Of a stretch of DNA of 64,000 nt, positions 1-10,088 are shown one piece after another; position 1 is the stretch's first letter; every line of letters begins with the position of its first letter. Made by a program: the position numbers and the translations under genes. The stretch is from Candidatus Anstonellaceae archaeon (GTDB taxonomy: Archaea; Micrarchaeota; Micrarchaeia; Anstonellales; Anstonellaceae): NCBI GenBank assembly GCA_038891035.1, contig JAWAEW010000005.1, forward strand, positions 1,425-65,424. The letters run 5' to 3'. Below the pieces are notes generated by a model. It ran no database searches and had not been told where the DNA came from. It was given only the letters and a program-made list of their open reading frames with translations.

Positions 1-62
1 ATTGCATTTGCTGCTCCTGCAAAAAGCAAGGAAGCAAACAACAGCACAAAGAATAATCGCAT
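1..62 (-). CDS. 5' end of a secreted protein (runs off the window edge)
   Basis: ATG at 62 preceded by SD-like GGAGGCGA; reads MRLFFVLLFASLLFAGAANA, a typical signal peptide; not in ORF track. Confidence 0.65.
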   Translation of the reverse strand, partial: MRLFFVLLFASLLFAGAANA

Positions 63-159
63 ACGATCGCCTCCACGAAGAAATTCGAAAGTAAAATTTA
101 AAAACGTGCAGTTTTGAGAGGATTAAAATTTTTGGCTCAAAAATATATGCGGGGATTTT

Positions 160-768
160 TTGTTTGCCGAATTAAAAAAGGAAGATGCATTTGCAAATGC
201 TATCATAAATCTTGCTAACCAAAAGCTTGGCTTGCCTTATGGGAAAGACGGGTATAATTGCGTTACATTAGTTTTCAGTGTTTTAAGAGAGGTTGCAAAA
301 AATGAAGGAAAAGAGTTCCGTGCGCCTTGGTTTGTTAATGGAGGAACTTTGGTGAAAACCTTAACAGAACCTACGCCGATTTATTTGCCATCTCAGCTGA
401 AAACACAGAAAGGAGATATGCTAATGAGAGTGACTGAGGCAAAAAGCTTTCGAGAAATAATGCAGCATTATAAAGCCGGGGATATGGCTCTAAGAATTAT
501 AGATGGAAAGGTACATGCAATTACGCAAGAGGAAGCTAAAAATATGTTTCTGAGAGGTGAGAAAGTTTATCTTGTAAAGCACTATCTTATTTCAACTGGA
601 GATGCAGTAATTCATGCTTCAAGCTCCAAAGATAAAGTGGTAAAGGAAAAGTTGGAAAGATACCTCGAAAAGAACAGACGCTCGTCTTTTGTTGTAATTA
701 ACCTACATGAAATATATATGTTAGGTGCCAGCACAGTTGCCAAAGCACAGCCAGGGTTTCTGGAGTGA
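160..768 (+). CDS. NlpC/P60-superfamily cysteine hydrolase (peptidoglycan amidase/endopeptidase-like)
   Basis: GLPYGKDGYNCVTLV (catalytic Cys) and KHYLISTGDAVIHASSSKDKVV (His...His); TTG start after GGGGA. Confidence 0.65.
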   Translation: MFAELKKEDAFANAIINLANQKLGLPYGKDGYNCVTLVFSVLREVAKNEGKEFRAPWFVNGGTLVKTLTEPTPIYLPSQLKTQKGDMLMRVTEAKSFREIMQHYKAGDMALRIIDGKVHAITQEEAKNMFLRGEKVYLVKHYLISTGDAVIHASSSKDKVVKEKLERYLEKNRRSSFVVINLHEIYMLGASTVAKAQPGFLE

Positions 769-772
769 AAGG

Positions 773-1996
773 ATGGTGGTCCCAAAAATAGGTAAAAAGG
801 CAGTAGCACTTCACAAGAGATTGCGAGGGAAGCTTGAAATCCATTCCAAGCTTGATGCTTGCAACAAATCCGGGCTTTCGCTTGCTTATACTCCCGGAGT
901 AGCATATGTTGCAGCAGAGATTGCAAAGGACTTTAACAAAGTTTATGAGATGACAATAAAGTGGAACAGCGTGGCTGTAGTATCAGATGGTACTCGTGTT
1001 CTTGGACTCGGAAATATAGGGCCTTATGCGGCTTTGCCTGTAATGGAAGGTAAAGCGCTGCTTTTCAAAGCATATGCAAATATAGATGCGTTCCCGATTT
1101 GCCTTGCATGCAGCAGCAGTCAAGAAATAATTGCTGCAACAAAAAGCATTGCTCCTTCATTTGGAGGAATAAATCTCGAGGATATCGAATCCCCTAAGTG
1201 CTTTGAAGTGGAAAGGAGGCTTCAGCAAGAATTGGACATACCAGTCTTTCATGATGACCAGCACGGCACTGCCGTAGTGGTGCTTGCTGGGCTGAAAAAC
1301 TCGCTTAAGCTTGTGGGCAAGGACAAAAAAAGGGCAAAGGTGGTAGTGGCTGGAGCAGGCGCGGCAGGATATGCAATTGCAAAACTGCTGCAAAAGGATG
1401 GCTTTGGAAATATAATTGTCTGCGACCGCAGCGGGATTTTGTACCCGAAGGAAGGCTTGCCTGCACATAAGCAGGAACTTGCTTTGCTCAATAAGGAAGG
1501 GGTACAGGGTTCTCTTTTTGATGCACTTGATGGAGCGGATGTCTTTGTTGGAGTTTCTGCCCCAAATATTTTGAAGGCAAAACACATCAAAAAAATGGCA
1601 GACTCGCCAATAGTTTTTGCGCTCTCAAATCCTATCCCCGAAATTTCTTCTAATGATGCAAAAAAAGGAGGTTGTGCTGTCTTTGGCACTGCGCGCGCAG
1701 ACCTTCCAAACCAAATTAACAATGTGCTTGGATTCCCAGGTATTTTCAGAGGCTCACTGATGGTGAGGGCAAGAAAAATAACAGATGAAATGAAGCTTGC
1801 TGCTTCTGAGGCAATTGCGAATGTAGTAGGAGAAGAAATCAGCAAAAGCAAGGTAGTGCCTGCAGCATTTGACAGAAGGGTGGTTCCTGCGGTTGCAAAA
1901 CAGGTTGCTCTTGCTGCAATAAGCTGTGGAGTAGCTCGCCTCAATAAAAGCAGAAGTGAGATAAGAAATGATTTAATAAATCTGGGATTGATATAG
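773..1996 (+). CDS. NAD(P)-dependent malic enzyme
   Basis: LSLAYTPGVA, DGTRVLGLGNIG, PVMEGKALLFK, INLEDI, FHDDQHGT, GAGAAG, NQINNVLGFPGIFRG; ATG at 773. Confidence 0.95.
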   Translation: MVVPKIGKKAVALHKRLRGKLEIHSKLDACNKSGLSLAYTPGVAYVAAEIAKDFNKVYEMTIKWNSVAVVSDGTRVLGLGNIGPYAALPVMEGKALLFKAYANIDAFPICLACSSSQEIIAATKSIAPSFGGINLEDIESPKCFEVERRLQQELDIPVFHDDQHGTAVVVLAGLKNSLKLVGKDKKRAKVVVAGAGAAGYAIAKLLQKDGFGNIIVCDRSGILYPKEGLPAHKQELALLNKEGVQGSLFDALDGADVFVGVSAPNILKAKHIKKMADSPIVFALSNPIPEISSNDAKKGGCAVFGTARADLPNQINNVLGFPGIFRGSLMVRARKITDEMKLAASEAIANVVGEEISKSKVVPAAFDRRVVPAVAKQVALAAISCGVARLNKSRSEIRNDLINLGLI

Positions 1997-2010
1997 TAGC
2001 GGTGGTAGTA

Positions 2011-3927
2011 ATGCGATGGTTGATGCTGCTTTTGCTTGCATCTCTTGCAAGTGCCAATTTTGTATATCTTTGGACATATAATGGGACGAATCCGGATGAA
2101 AGTAATGAGAATCTTCTTTTCTCTCAGCCTTCGGCAGTGGAGGTGCATCAGGGAAAACTTTTTGTTGCAGATGATGGAAGACGGCGCATTTATGTAATGA
2201 ATGCAACTGCTCCAGAGAACACAACTCAGCGGATAAGAATTGTCGACCCGCAAGGGGAAGAAGCTTTTGCCAATCCAATTAGGCTACAAATGGAAGGCGG
2301 CTTCCTTTACGTTGCAGATGGTAACAGTGGCAGGATAAAATACTATACGCAAGAGGGCTCTACTGTGTATGTTTGGAATACTGCAACAACCATCAAGAAG
2401 GCAAGTGGGGTAGTATTTGCTAAAGATTTTGCGTATATTGCAGACCAGGAGGAAGGGAGGATAGTTGCATATTCTCGCCAGACAAAATCCTATTCTAATA
2501 TAGTGGTTGAAAAGGGAGAGTCCGATGGTTTGCTTTCTTCGCCTTCTGACGTGCGCCTTTACAAGGATAGGTTTTATGTTTCAGACAGTGCAAAAAAAGC
2601 GATATACGTTTACAGCAAGGATTGGGAATTTGAGCAAGCAATTGGAAGAGGAAGAGGGGGCGTTGGCCTTTACTTGCCCAGAGGAATTCGGCTTTATGAG
2701 GACAAGCTTTATGTAGCAGACAGGAACGGCAATAGAATAGTGGTATTCACTTTGGATGGCTATCCAGTTGCAATTTTGAATGCAACTTCGTCAATAAACT
2801 TTTCATATCCTGAAGACATTGCAGTTTCAGATGGCAAACTGTATGTTGCGGACACCGGCAACCGCCTTGTGCATGTGTTTGCCATAAACTTCACAACAGA
2901 AAACGACACAGTTGCGCAAAGCCTTGCGATGGCAAAGCAGGAAGCAGAAAAGCTTTATGCCCTTTATGATGTGGCAAAGAAAATTGGTGCAGAATATGAA
3001 TCCTTATCTTTTGACGCAGAATTGGCAGAAGGAGAGGGATATTACAAAAGGATGCTTTATTCATCAGCAGAAAACATAGCATCCAGAGTTTACGCACAGG
3101 CAAAACAGGCAAGTGCAATCCTTGCACTTAAAATTGACGTAAAAATAAGGCAGGTAGTAAAAGGAGCAACCGATAAGTTTGCAGCAGTGCGCCAGAAAGC
3201 AAATGAAACGGTGCAACAGCAAGTGGATTCGCAGGCTTCAAAAATTCTGCAGTTGCTTAATGCAAAAGACTATGCCGCTGCTTCGGCTTCTGCTTTGGAT
3301 TTCAACCAAACGGTCGCATTGCTTGCAAAGGAAATCGAAACACAGGTGGCAAACCAGGCTAATTCTGAGTTTGAAAAGATGGTGCAAACTTTGAATTCCA
3401 GAAAGGCAAACATTGAATACCGCCTAGGCAATGTGAAGGATATGGCTCAAAAATACAGGCAAAACATAAATGTCACCAACCTTGAAAGGCTGCTTGCGCA
3501 GGCTTCACACGAGATTTCATCTGGTCTTTTTGAGGCTGCGATGCAGACGCTTGAGCTGGCTGAAACTGAAACAAAAGTGTTTGAAAATATGCTTCGCACT
3601 ACTTCGAAGGAGATAGATGCTGTGCTTCAGAACATAAGCTTGGTCGAGTTCAATATAAATAGCAGTTCCTCAAAATCGATGCTAATTTCGCCAAACCTGG
3701 CAGAAGAGTTTGAAATGCTTAAGCAGGCAAAGGAGCTGGCTTATTCCAATCCAGCAGTTGCAGCAGCAACTGCAGCAAAAATAGAGGTGGATGCGCAAAA
3801 CAAAATCAAGGAAGCCCAAACCCTTTCCATAGCTGCAGTTGCTATTATTATGATGGTTGGGCTGGTTGCTGCAATCTCTGCTGCAGTATATATTTACGTA
3901 CGCCAAAAGAAAAAGGAGAATAGATGA
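2011..3927 (+). CDS. Secreted, C-terminally anchored NHL-repeat beta-propeller protein with long helical stalk
   Basis: Signal peptide; about six NHL-like repeats (e.g. PEDIAVSDGKLYVADTGNRLVHVF); coiled-coil-like C-half; C-terminal TM plus basic tail. Confidence 0.8.
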   Translation: MRWLMLLLLASLASANFVYLWTYNGTNPDESNENLLFSQPSAVEVHQGKLFVADDGRRRIYVMNATAPENTTQRIRIVDPQGEEAFANPIRLQMEGGFLYVADGNSGRIKYYTQEGSTVYVWNTATTIKKASGVVFAKDFAYIADQEEGRIVAYSRQTKSYSNIVVEKGESDGLLSSPSDVRLYKDRFYVSDSAKKAIYVYSKDWEFEQAIGRGRGGVGLYLPRGIRLYEDKLYVADRNGNRIVVFTLDGYPVAILNATSSINFSYPEDIAVSDGKLYVADTGNRLVHVFAINFTTENDTVAQSLAMAKQEAEKLYALYDVAKKIGAEYESLSFDAELAEGEGYYKRMLYSSAENIASRVYAQAKQASAILALKIDVKIRQVVKGATDKFAAVRQKANETVQQQVDSQASKILQLLNAKDYAAASASALDFNQTVALLAKEIETQVANQANSEFEKMVQTLNSRKANIEYRLGNVKDMAQKYRQNINVTNLERLLAQASHEISSGLFEAAMQTLELAETETKVFENMLRTTSKEIDAVLQNISLVEFNINSSSSKSMLISPNLAEEFEMLKQAKELAYSNPAVAAATAAKIEVDAQNKIKEAQTLSIAAVAIIMMVGLVAAISAAVYIYVRQKKKENR

Positions 3928-4565
3928 TTTCTGATGAGCTTTTTTCAAAGGCAGAACTTGCAATTGCTACAATTGCGGCAGCCGTAGGGATTTTAGGACT
4001 AATCTTGTCTGCCGTGGGCTATCTTTTGTTTTTTCTTTTTGTGCAGCAAATTGAAAATGCGGCAAAGTCGCAGATTGACTCTCTTGCAGTGCAGCTTGAG
4101 GACGCACGTCAACTGGCAAATCAAGCTGCGGCATCCACAGAAAGAGTTTCTATGATTGTAATTGGTCTTGGAGAAGGGGTTTCGCACTACTCTACTGCAA
4201 CTAAAAATCTCTCTGATTCTATGTCTGATATTGCCAAAGTTCCTCCTTTTTCACTTGATGCGAGGTTTGGTTCAGCTGTCTCAAATCTGAAGTCAGCTTC
4301 GCTTGCGCTTTCAAAAGCTGCTGTAGCAGCAAACGAAAGCAGTGCTTCAATCATCAACACTGCTGCAACTTTGAATAAAACTGCAAGCGACTTAGGAAAT
4401 GCTAAAAATTCGCTTATGGAGGCAAAAAAACAGCTGAAAGAAGCATTTGGCATGCTTAATTTGGCGGCTTTAGCGGCATTTTTTGCTCTTGCCTTGGTTT
4501 TCTTTTCTGTAATTTTGCTTTCTGCCTTGAAAATTGCAAAGCAGTATGTAAGGAAAAAAAACTAA
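3924..4565 (+). CDS. Membrane protein: two TM helices flanking an Ala-rich coiled coil
   Basis: Hydrophobic termini; 4-nt overlap with upstream gene. Confidence 0.7.
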   Translation: MISDELFSKAELAIATIAAAVGILGLILSAVGYLLFFLFVQQIENAAKSQIDSLAVQLEDARQLANQAAASTERVSMIVIGLGEGVSHYSTATKNLSDSMSDIAKVPPFSLDARFGSAVSNLKSASLALSKAAVAANESSASIINTAATLNKTASDLGNAKNSLMEAKKQLKEAFGMLNLAALAAFFALALVFFSVILLSALKIAKQYVRKKN

Positions 4566-5344
4566 TCATCTGCAAGCATTTGAAGTATCCTGCTGTGCTG
4601 CCTTCCATTTGAACAAAGCATTCTGGAAGTATAAAGCGACCAGGTCTTCCCCTCGAAATCTGTCACTTTTGCCCCTGCCTGCTGAGCTATAAAAGCTGCA
4701 GCTGCAAAATCATATGGCTTGAGCTTGAAAGAAAGCTGTGCATCCGCAATCCCGCATGCTACATAGCCTATTTCATATATTGTAGAGCCAAGGAATCTGG
4801 TATGCTGGCTCATCTGCTCAAGCTGAACTACCTTTTCCAAAAGACCCTGTTGCTTTATGACATGAAGCCTGCTGTCGCAAAGCAGGAAAAAATTTTCCAA
4901 AAGAGCAGTTTTTGAGACAGAAATCGGCTTTCCATCCATAATTGAGCGATTACCTTTTTCAGCAAAAAGCAACTTTTTTTGCGGAATGAAGTATATGCCA
5001 CCTGCCACTGGTTTTCCTGAGGAAAAGTATGCAACTGAAACACCGTAGATGGGAATTCCCCAGATGAAATTGTGAGTTCCGTCTATTGGGTCTATCACAA
5101 AAAGAGAGTCAGCTTCCAAATCTTGCGATGAAAAGCTTTCTTCGGAGAGGATTTTTGCATCTGGAAACTCCTTTGCTATTCTGTCTACAATGAATTTTTC
5201 TGCTGCCAAATCTGCTGAGGTTGCCATGTCGCGCCTGCCTTTGAGCTTGATTGAAAGCTTCTTTTTTGACTTTTCTATTGTTTCTGCAGCACCGATAAGA
5301 CAAGAAGTGATGAATGCTTTTAGGCTCATGACCTCAACTTGCAT
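4562..5344 (-). CDS. suhB: Inositol monophosphatase family protein
   Basis: TSADLAAE, LSEE, VIDPIDGTHNF, PYDFAAA motifs. Confidence 0.9.
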   Translation of the reverse strand: MQVEVMSLKAFITSCLIGAAETIEKSKKKLSIKLKGRRDMATSADLAAEKFIVDRIAKEFPDAKILSEESFSSQDLEADSLFVIDPIDGTHNFIWGIPIYGVSVAYFSSGKPVAGGIYFIPQKKLLFAEKGNRSIMDGKPISVSKTALLENFFLLCDSRLHVIKQQGLLEKVVQLEQMSQHTRFLGSTIYEIGYVACGIADAQLSFKLKPYDFAAAAFIAQQAGAKVTDFEGKTWSLYTSRMLCSNGRQHSRILQMLADD

Positions 5345-5362
5345 GCAAAAAATAAAAAGGCA

Positions 5363-5944
5363 TTATTTGCTGTAAAGCATAAAGAGGGTCTGATTGTAAA
5401 TTCTCTGAGCATGATTGCGAAGACCTGCCTTTTCATAAAGCCGTTCTGCTTCTATAAAATAAATCATTTTTCTTTGCTTGCTGCAAGTGAAATTAGCAGC
5501 ATCTTCAAATGAAGCTGCCGCTGAAATAAAATCAAGCTTCTTCATAAATGAAGCGGCAGCATGGATTTGCAATTTTTCAAAAGAATCGAGCTTGTCTTCA
5601 TCTAACGACTCAAGATAAAGGATATATGTGCTTGCCCATTTTTTCAAGCTTGAGACCAAATAAAGGTCTGCAGCAAGCTTAAGTATTCTTACTTTGTAGG
5701 GAGGATTTAGAGCTGAAAAAGATACTAGCATGTCTGCTGCTTTTTTTGGCATTCCTGCTTGAAGATAAAGCAAAGCTGATTCAAGATGAAGATAAGGACT
5801 GCTGTGCCCCAAGGATGCTTTGCACTCTTTAATTTTGGCCTTCAAAAAATAAAGCGGGTGAAAAATTTTCCTTTGGTGTTGGGTTTTAAGCTGATGAAAA
5901 GTGGATGCAAGCTGTTGGAGTTTGTAAGATTGGTTCATGTGCAT
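5363..5944 (-). CDS. Hypothetical alpha-helical (TPR/SNAP-like) protein
   Basis: Repeated AA..Y/F..A patterns (LAADLYL, AAASFEDAA, AERLYEKAG); fills gap in operon. Confidence 0.55.
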   Translation of the reverse strand: MHMNQSYKLQQLASTFHQLKTQHQRKIFHPLYFLKAKIKECKASLGHSSPYLHLESALLYLQAGMPKKAADMLVSFSALNPPYKVRILKLAADLYLVSSLKKWASTYILYLESLDEDKLDSFEKLQIHAAASFMKKLDFISAAASFEDAANFTCSKQRKMIYFIEAERLYEKAGLRNHAQRIYNQTLFMLYSK

Positions 5945-6477
5945 GCAGAAGGCTTTGGAGAGGAAAACTTATCGCATATCCAGGATTTGAGCTGCTCTTT
6001 TGGCATCTCACCTTCTGTTTTGTATTGTCCATTGATTATGAAGGTTGGAAAGCCCCTAAACATACCTTTTTCAGTATAAAATGAATACACTTGAGCAACA
6101 TCTTTGTTAGTACCTTTGTCTTCGTCTCTCCATCTTCTTACAACAAAGCGAGGGGACTGCAATTCTTTTTCAAGCTCTGCAAGCACTGGTTTCATTTTCT
6201 GGCAGTGCCCGCACCAGTCAGCATAAAGGAAATCCAAGGTGACTTCTGCTATTGGCTCAAGGTTGGGTGAGAGTTGAGTTTCCTGGGCTTGATAAGAAAG
6301 GGAAGGAGAGGAAGATGTAAATGAAATTGATCTTATGGATTTTTGTATGTTTGAAAAGCTAATGTAAATGGATGCACTTATTAGAAGAGCTGCCAAAATT
6401 ATTGCAATTGCAGTCACTAATCCTTTTTGCCTCTCATGAAAAGGAATGGGATTTTCTTCCTTAGCCACATGCACCAC
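5935..6477 (-). CDS. Membrane-anchored thioredoxin-fold protein
   Basis: N-terminal TM; YADWCGHC active site; GFPTFIING cis-Pro loop. Confidence 0.85.
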   Translation of the reverse strand: MVHVAKEENPIPFHERQKGLVTAIAIILAALLISASIYISFSNIQKSIRSISFTSSSPSLSYQAQETQLSPNLEPIAEVTLDFLYADWCGHCQKMKPVLAELEKELQSPRFVVRRWRDEDKGTNKDVAQVYSFYTEKGMFRGFPTFIINGQYKTEGEMPKEQLKSWICDKFSSPKPSACT

Positions 6478-7630
6478 CTGCTACTGCGCCACTTGCCTGA
6501 TAAGTAAAACCGAATCCTGGCGCATATGCTTGGTTGGAGAGGGTCTTGGAACACTCAGATGGGGGAGTCGTGAATGCAGCGCAGACTGTCTTTAGTATGC
6601 TCTGCGGGTCTCGAGCTTGGTTTTCCACAACAACCCCATTGACCACAAAAGTGGGCGATCCCCTCACGTTGTATTTCTTATTTAGCTCATCATGAATAAG
6701 AAATAGTGGGTATCTTCCGCTGAGGTATTTTGATGGATCCTTAAGATTTGCTGTAATGTTGAATTCTGCATCTGTCTTGTTTGTACATTCCTGAAGTTGC
6801 GTCCTATCAACTCCAATTGCATTAAGGCATTCTTCTGATTTTGAATTGTTAAGGAAGCAAGAAAGATACTTGAAATAGAGGCTTTTGTTTTGAATTTGGA
6901 GACAGTATTGAAGCTGGTTTTCGTATGCTTCAATATCCTCATGCATTATATAGTTTACAAATCGGATGTTCCAGTTGACTTTGTCCCCTAGCAAATCAAC
7001 AACTGGGAGCATTCCTTTTTGCATTTGTGTCCCAAATGGGCAGTAGGACATTACAAAAAGCTCAACTGTTGGCTTTTCTGTTTTCTGCATGCATGAAAAG
7101 TGGGACTTGCATGCTGCGTCCTGGCAATCTGCTGCTCCATTTCCATCATCATCCAAACCATTCCCGCAGATCTCTGCTTTCGGGTCAAAAAAACCTAAAG
7201 GCAGAGAATAGTAATTTCCAGCTTTGCTTAGATACTGTGCTAGTTGGGGATAGGCTGAGGAAGAGCGCACCGAATCGTCAAAAAGAAAGAGTGGCAAAAG
7301 TTCTCTGCCACCTGCACTTTCGTAGAGTGCTTTGCCTTTGGAGTCAGAATAATCATATTGCTCTACATTAAGGTTTGGTACGAGAGAATTCAATTGTGGG
7401 AGAATCTGCGATACCGCCTGCGGGCATTCATCACAGCGCTTATCGCTAATAATGTAAAGGTTAACCTTGGAAGGCGCAGAAGATGAAACATTTTGCACAG
7501 GCGCAGCCTGAGGAAGCCGAATTCCTGAAATGGATTTTTCTATTCCACCTGAAGAAAAATAGATGGATGCCGAAACCAAAATAGCTGCCAAAAGTATAGC
7601 AATCCCTATGATATATTCTTCATCTGCCAT
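6461..7630 (-). CDS. Membrane-anchored multidomain DsbA/GILT-like thiol oxidoreductase
   Basis: SD GGAGGTG before ATG 7630; TM anchor; CDEC; EICGNGLDDDGNGAADC; VELFVMSYCPFG; GSPTFVVNG. Confidence 0.75.
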   Translation of the reverse strand: MADEEYIIGIAILLAAILVSASIYFSSGGIEKSISGIRLPQAAPVQNVSSSAPSKVNLYIISDKRCDECPQAVSQILPQLNSLVPNLNVEQYDYSDSKGKALYESAGGRELLPLFLFDDSVRSSSAYPQLAQYLSKAGNYYSLPLGFFDPKAEICGNGLDDDGNGAADCQDAACKSHFSCMQKTEKPTVELFVMSYCPFGTQMQKGMLPVVDLLGDKVNWNIRFVNYIMHEDIEAYENQLQYCLQIQNKSLYFKYLSCFLNNSKSEECLNAIGVDRTQLQECTNKTDAEFNITANLKDPSKYLSGRYPLFLIHDELNKKYNVRGSPTFVVNGVVVENQARDPQSILKTVCAAFTTPPSECSKTLSNQAYAPGFGFTYQASGAVAGGACG

Positions 7631-7737
7631 TTTGCACCTCCGTGTGCAGATTTTCATAACAAGATTTTTAAAGCAGCCTACATGCAAAGCTGAGTCTTTG
7701 CAGTAAAGTTTTTATTTGAAGATAAAAAATTGTTAGC

Positions 7738-9711
7738 ATGACGCTTGCTCTTTCGGCTTTTGACCTAGTGCCTTCTTCGGCAAAATATCTTGAATGGCTG
7801 ATTGCAAGTGGAAATGGGGCATATTCGTCTTCAACTGTAATCGGGATGAACAGCCGCAAATATCATGGTTTGCTTATTGCTCCGCTTGAAGGCCATTACA
7901 ACAGACACATAATCCTTTCAAAGCTGGAAGAAGAAGTGACAATAGGGGAGAAGACATTTCCAATCTCAACAAACTCTTATCCCGGAGTAATCTATCCAAC
8001 TGGGTACAAATTCCAGGTTGGATTTTTCTTTCGTGCCCATCCAACTTTTGTGTATGCATTGGATTCTGTTAAGCTTGAAAAGTCTGTAAGAATGCTTTAC
8101 GGCAAAAGCACTGCAGTAATTTCCTATAGAATTGCCCAAGGCAAAGAGAGTGTAAAGCTATCCATAAGTCCTCTTCTTGCACCTAGGCAAATACATGCCG
8201 ATTTTGCAAATACTAATGTCGAGTTTCAGAAAGAAAGGGGAGGGGTTCGTATAGTGCGTCCAATTTCATTCAGGCTTTGCGCAAGCCATGGCAACTTTGA
8301 GGCAAGCCCCCAGCAGTATTACAATATGACATATGAGATTGAAAAGGAAAGAGGATATTATTATACTGAAAATTTGTTCTGTCCTGGAAAATTCATTGCT
8401 GAGCTTGGACCGAAAGAGGAACTTCATGTGGTTGCTTCGGTTGAAGGGATTTTGCCTTCTGAGGCTCTCGAAATTTTAGACAGGCAGCAAATTAGACAAG
8501 CGCATCTTTTGGAAGGATATTCTAGAACTTCTGGCGTTGATTTGACTGATTTTGCAGAGACCCTAAATTTTGCAGCAGATACTTTTGTGATTGGCACTGA
8601 AAGCCACAAAGGCATTCTTGCAGGCTACCACTGGTTCCATGAATGGGGCAGAGACAGCATGATAGCTTTGCCTGGCCTGCTTTTATGCACCGGCAGGCAT
8701 GCACTGGCAAGAGAAGTGCTCTCATTTTGGGCGCGGATGATGCAGGATGGTCTTATTCCAAATTACATAGATGAAAACAATTTTGCACACTACACCTCCT
8801 CTGATGCTTCTCTGTGGTTTTTGAATGCGGTCGGGCATTATCTTGATGCGACCGAGGATGAGAACTTCGTTAAGGAACATTTATGGAAATACATAAGAGA
8901 GGTTATCAATTCCTATGTTGAAGGCAATAGACTAGCCAGAATGGACAGCGATTTCCTAATTTACGTATTTGAGCCCGCATCCACGTGGATGGATGCCAAG
9001 GTGAATGGAGTTGCAGTCACACCAAGAAAAGGAAAGCCTGTTGAAATAAATGCGCTGTGGTACTCTGGCTTGTCGCTTGCTTTTGAGCTGGCAGAAAGAT
9101 TTGAGGATAGAAAAACGTATGACCTTGTCAAAAATATAATAGATGAAGTGGAATTGAATTTCCAGAAATTTGTCTCGACCGAAGGCTGGCTTTTTGATGT
9201 AATAGAGCCTAATGATGCCTCTTTTCGGCCAAATCAGATATTCTCAGTTGCACTTTACAAAAGTCCGCTCAATTCACTCCAGCAAAAATATGTATTCAAT
9301 ACAGTCAGATCCAAGCTTTATACCCCTTTGGGGCTGAGAACTCTTTCACCTGATGACAAAAGATATTGTGAGCATTATCGTGGAAATCAAGAAAGCAGAG
9401 ACAGGGCTTATCATCAGGGAATGATTTGGCCTTGGCTGCTTGGTCCATTTTATGATGCTCAGCTGAAAGTATATCCTGAAAGCTATGCACAAGTTCTTTC
9501 AGCCCTAAGGCCCCTTGCCGAAAAGCTGAAAGAAGGGTGCATAGGCAGCCTTCCTGAAATGTATGAGCCTGCCTCAGGAAAGCCGGCAGGTGCTGCAAGC
9601 CAAGCATGGAGCGTAGCTGAGATATTAAGGATATATACAAAAGTAAAGAAAGCAATTTCTCAAAATCCCAGGATAGCAATCCCGAACTACAATTACAGCA
9701 ACTTCAGATGA
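7738..9711 (+). CDS. Glycogen debranching enzyme (amylo-alpha-1,6-glucosidase), archaeal type
   Basis: RKYHGLL, AGYHWFHEWGRDSMIALPGL, TWMDA, PVEINALWY, RPNQI, YHQGMIWPW, QAWSVAE. Confidence 0.93.
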   Translation: MTLALSAFDLVPSSAKYLEWLIASGNGAYSSSTVIGMNSRKYHGLLIAPLEGHYNRHIILSKLEEEVTIGEKTFPISTNSYPGVIYPTGYKFQVGFFFRAHPTFVYALDSVKLEKSVRMLYGKSTAVISYRIAQGKESVKLSISPLLAPRQIHADFANTNVEFQKERGGVRIVRPISFRLCASHGNFEASPQQYYNMTYEIEKERGYYYTENLFCPGKFIAELGPKEELHVVASVEGILPSEALEILDRQQIRQAHLLEGYSRTSGVDLTDFAETLNFAADTFVIGTESHKGILAGYHWFHEWGRDSMIALPGLLLCTGRHALAREVLSFWARMMQDGLIPNYIDENNFAHYTSSDASLWFLNAVGHYLDATEDENFVKEHLWKYIREVINSYVEGNRLARMDSDFLIYVFEPASTWMDAKVNGVAVTPRKGKPVEINALWYSGLSLAFELAERFEDRKTYDLVKNIIDEVELNFQKFVSTEGWLFDVIEPNDASFRPNQIFSVALYKSPLNSLQQKYVFNTVRSKLYTPLGLRTLSPDDKRYCEHYRGNQESRDRAYHQGMIWPWLLGPFYDAQLKVYPESYAQVLSALRPLAEKLKEGCIGSLPEMYEPASGKPAGAASQAWSVAEILRIYTKVKKAISQNPRIAIPNYNYSNFR

Positions 9712-10043
9712 CCCAGATATTTGTCCAGTTTCTCCTCTTGCGCCGGACCTACTGCAAAGCAGGTAATGGTGCCGGGTTCAACTTGCGTGTATCCTGCATC
9801 CTTTACAAGTGCGCAAGGAAATTGGGTGCGCACGCTTTCATAAAGTTCCAACAGTTCTTTTAAGCTTGCAACTTTAAGTACTATCTTTTTTTGCCCTTCA
9901 TTTACCCATTCATCCGCAGACTTTTTGTCTTTCTGCTGGCAGGCTTGAAATGCCAGCAATGATGCATGTGAAACTTGTGCAGCTAGCTTGCCTTTTCCCA
10001 TCTTCAAGTCAGATCGCACCACGATAGCCTGCTTTAGCCCCAT
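9693..10043 (-). CDS. pth2: Peptidyl-tRNA hydrolase 2
   Basis: KQAIVVRSDLKMGKGKLAAQVSHA, GQKKIVLK, DAGYTQV. Confidence 0.95.
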   Translation of the reverse strand: MGLKQAIVVRSDLKMGKGKLAAQVSHASLLAFQACQQKDKKSADEWVNEGQKKIVLKVASLKELLELYESVRTQFPCALVKDAGYTQVEPGTITCFAVGPAQEEKLDKYLGHLKLL

Positions 10044-10088
10044 CTCATCACAGCGCAAATAAAAACCATAACTTATTATTAAACCATT

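Noticed and set aside
1249..2253. 334-aa minus-strand ORF, and similar long antisense ORFs at 29560..30225, 47988..48521 and 50847..51668
   Set aside because: They shadow well-supported genes on the opposite strand and carry no recognisable motifs
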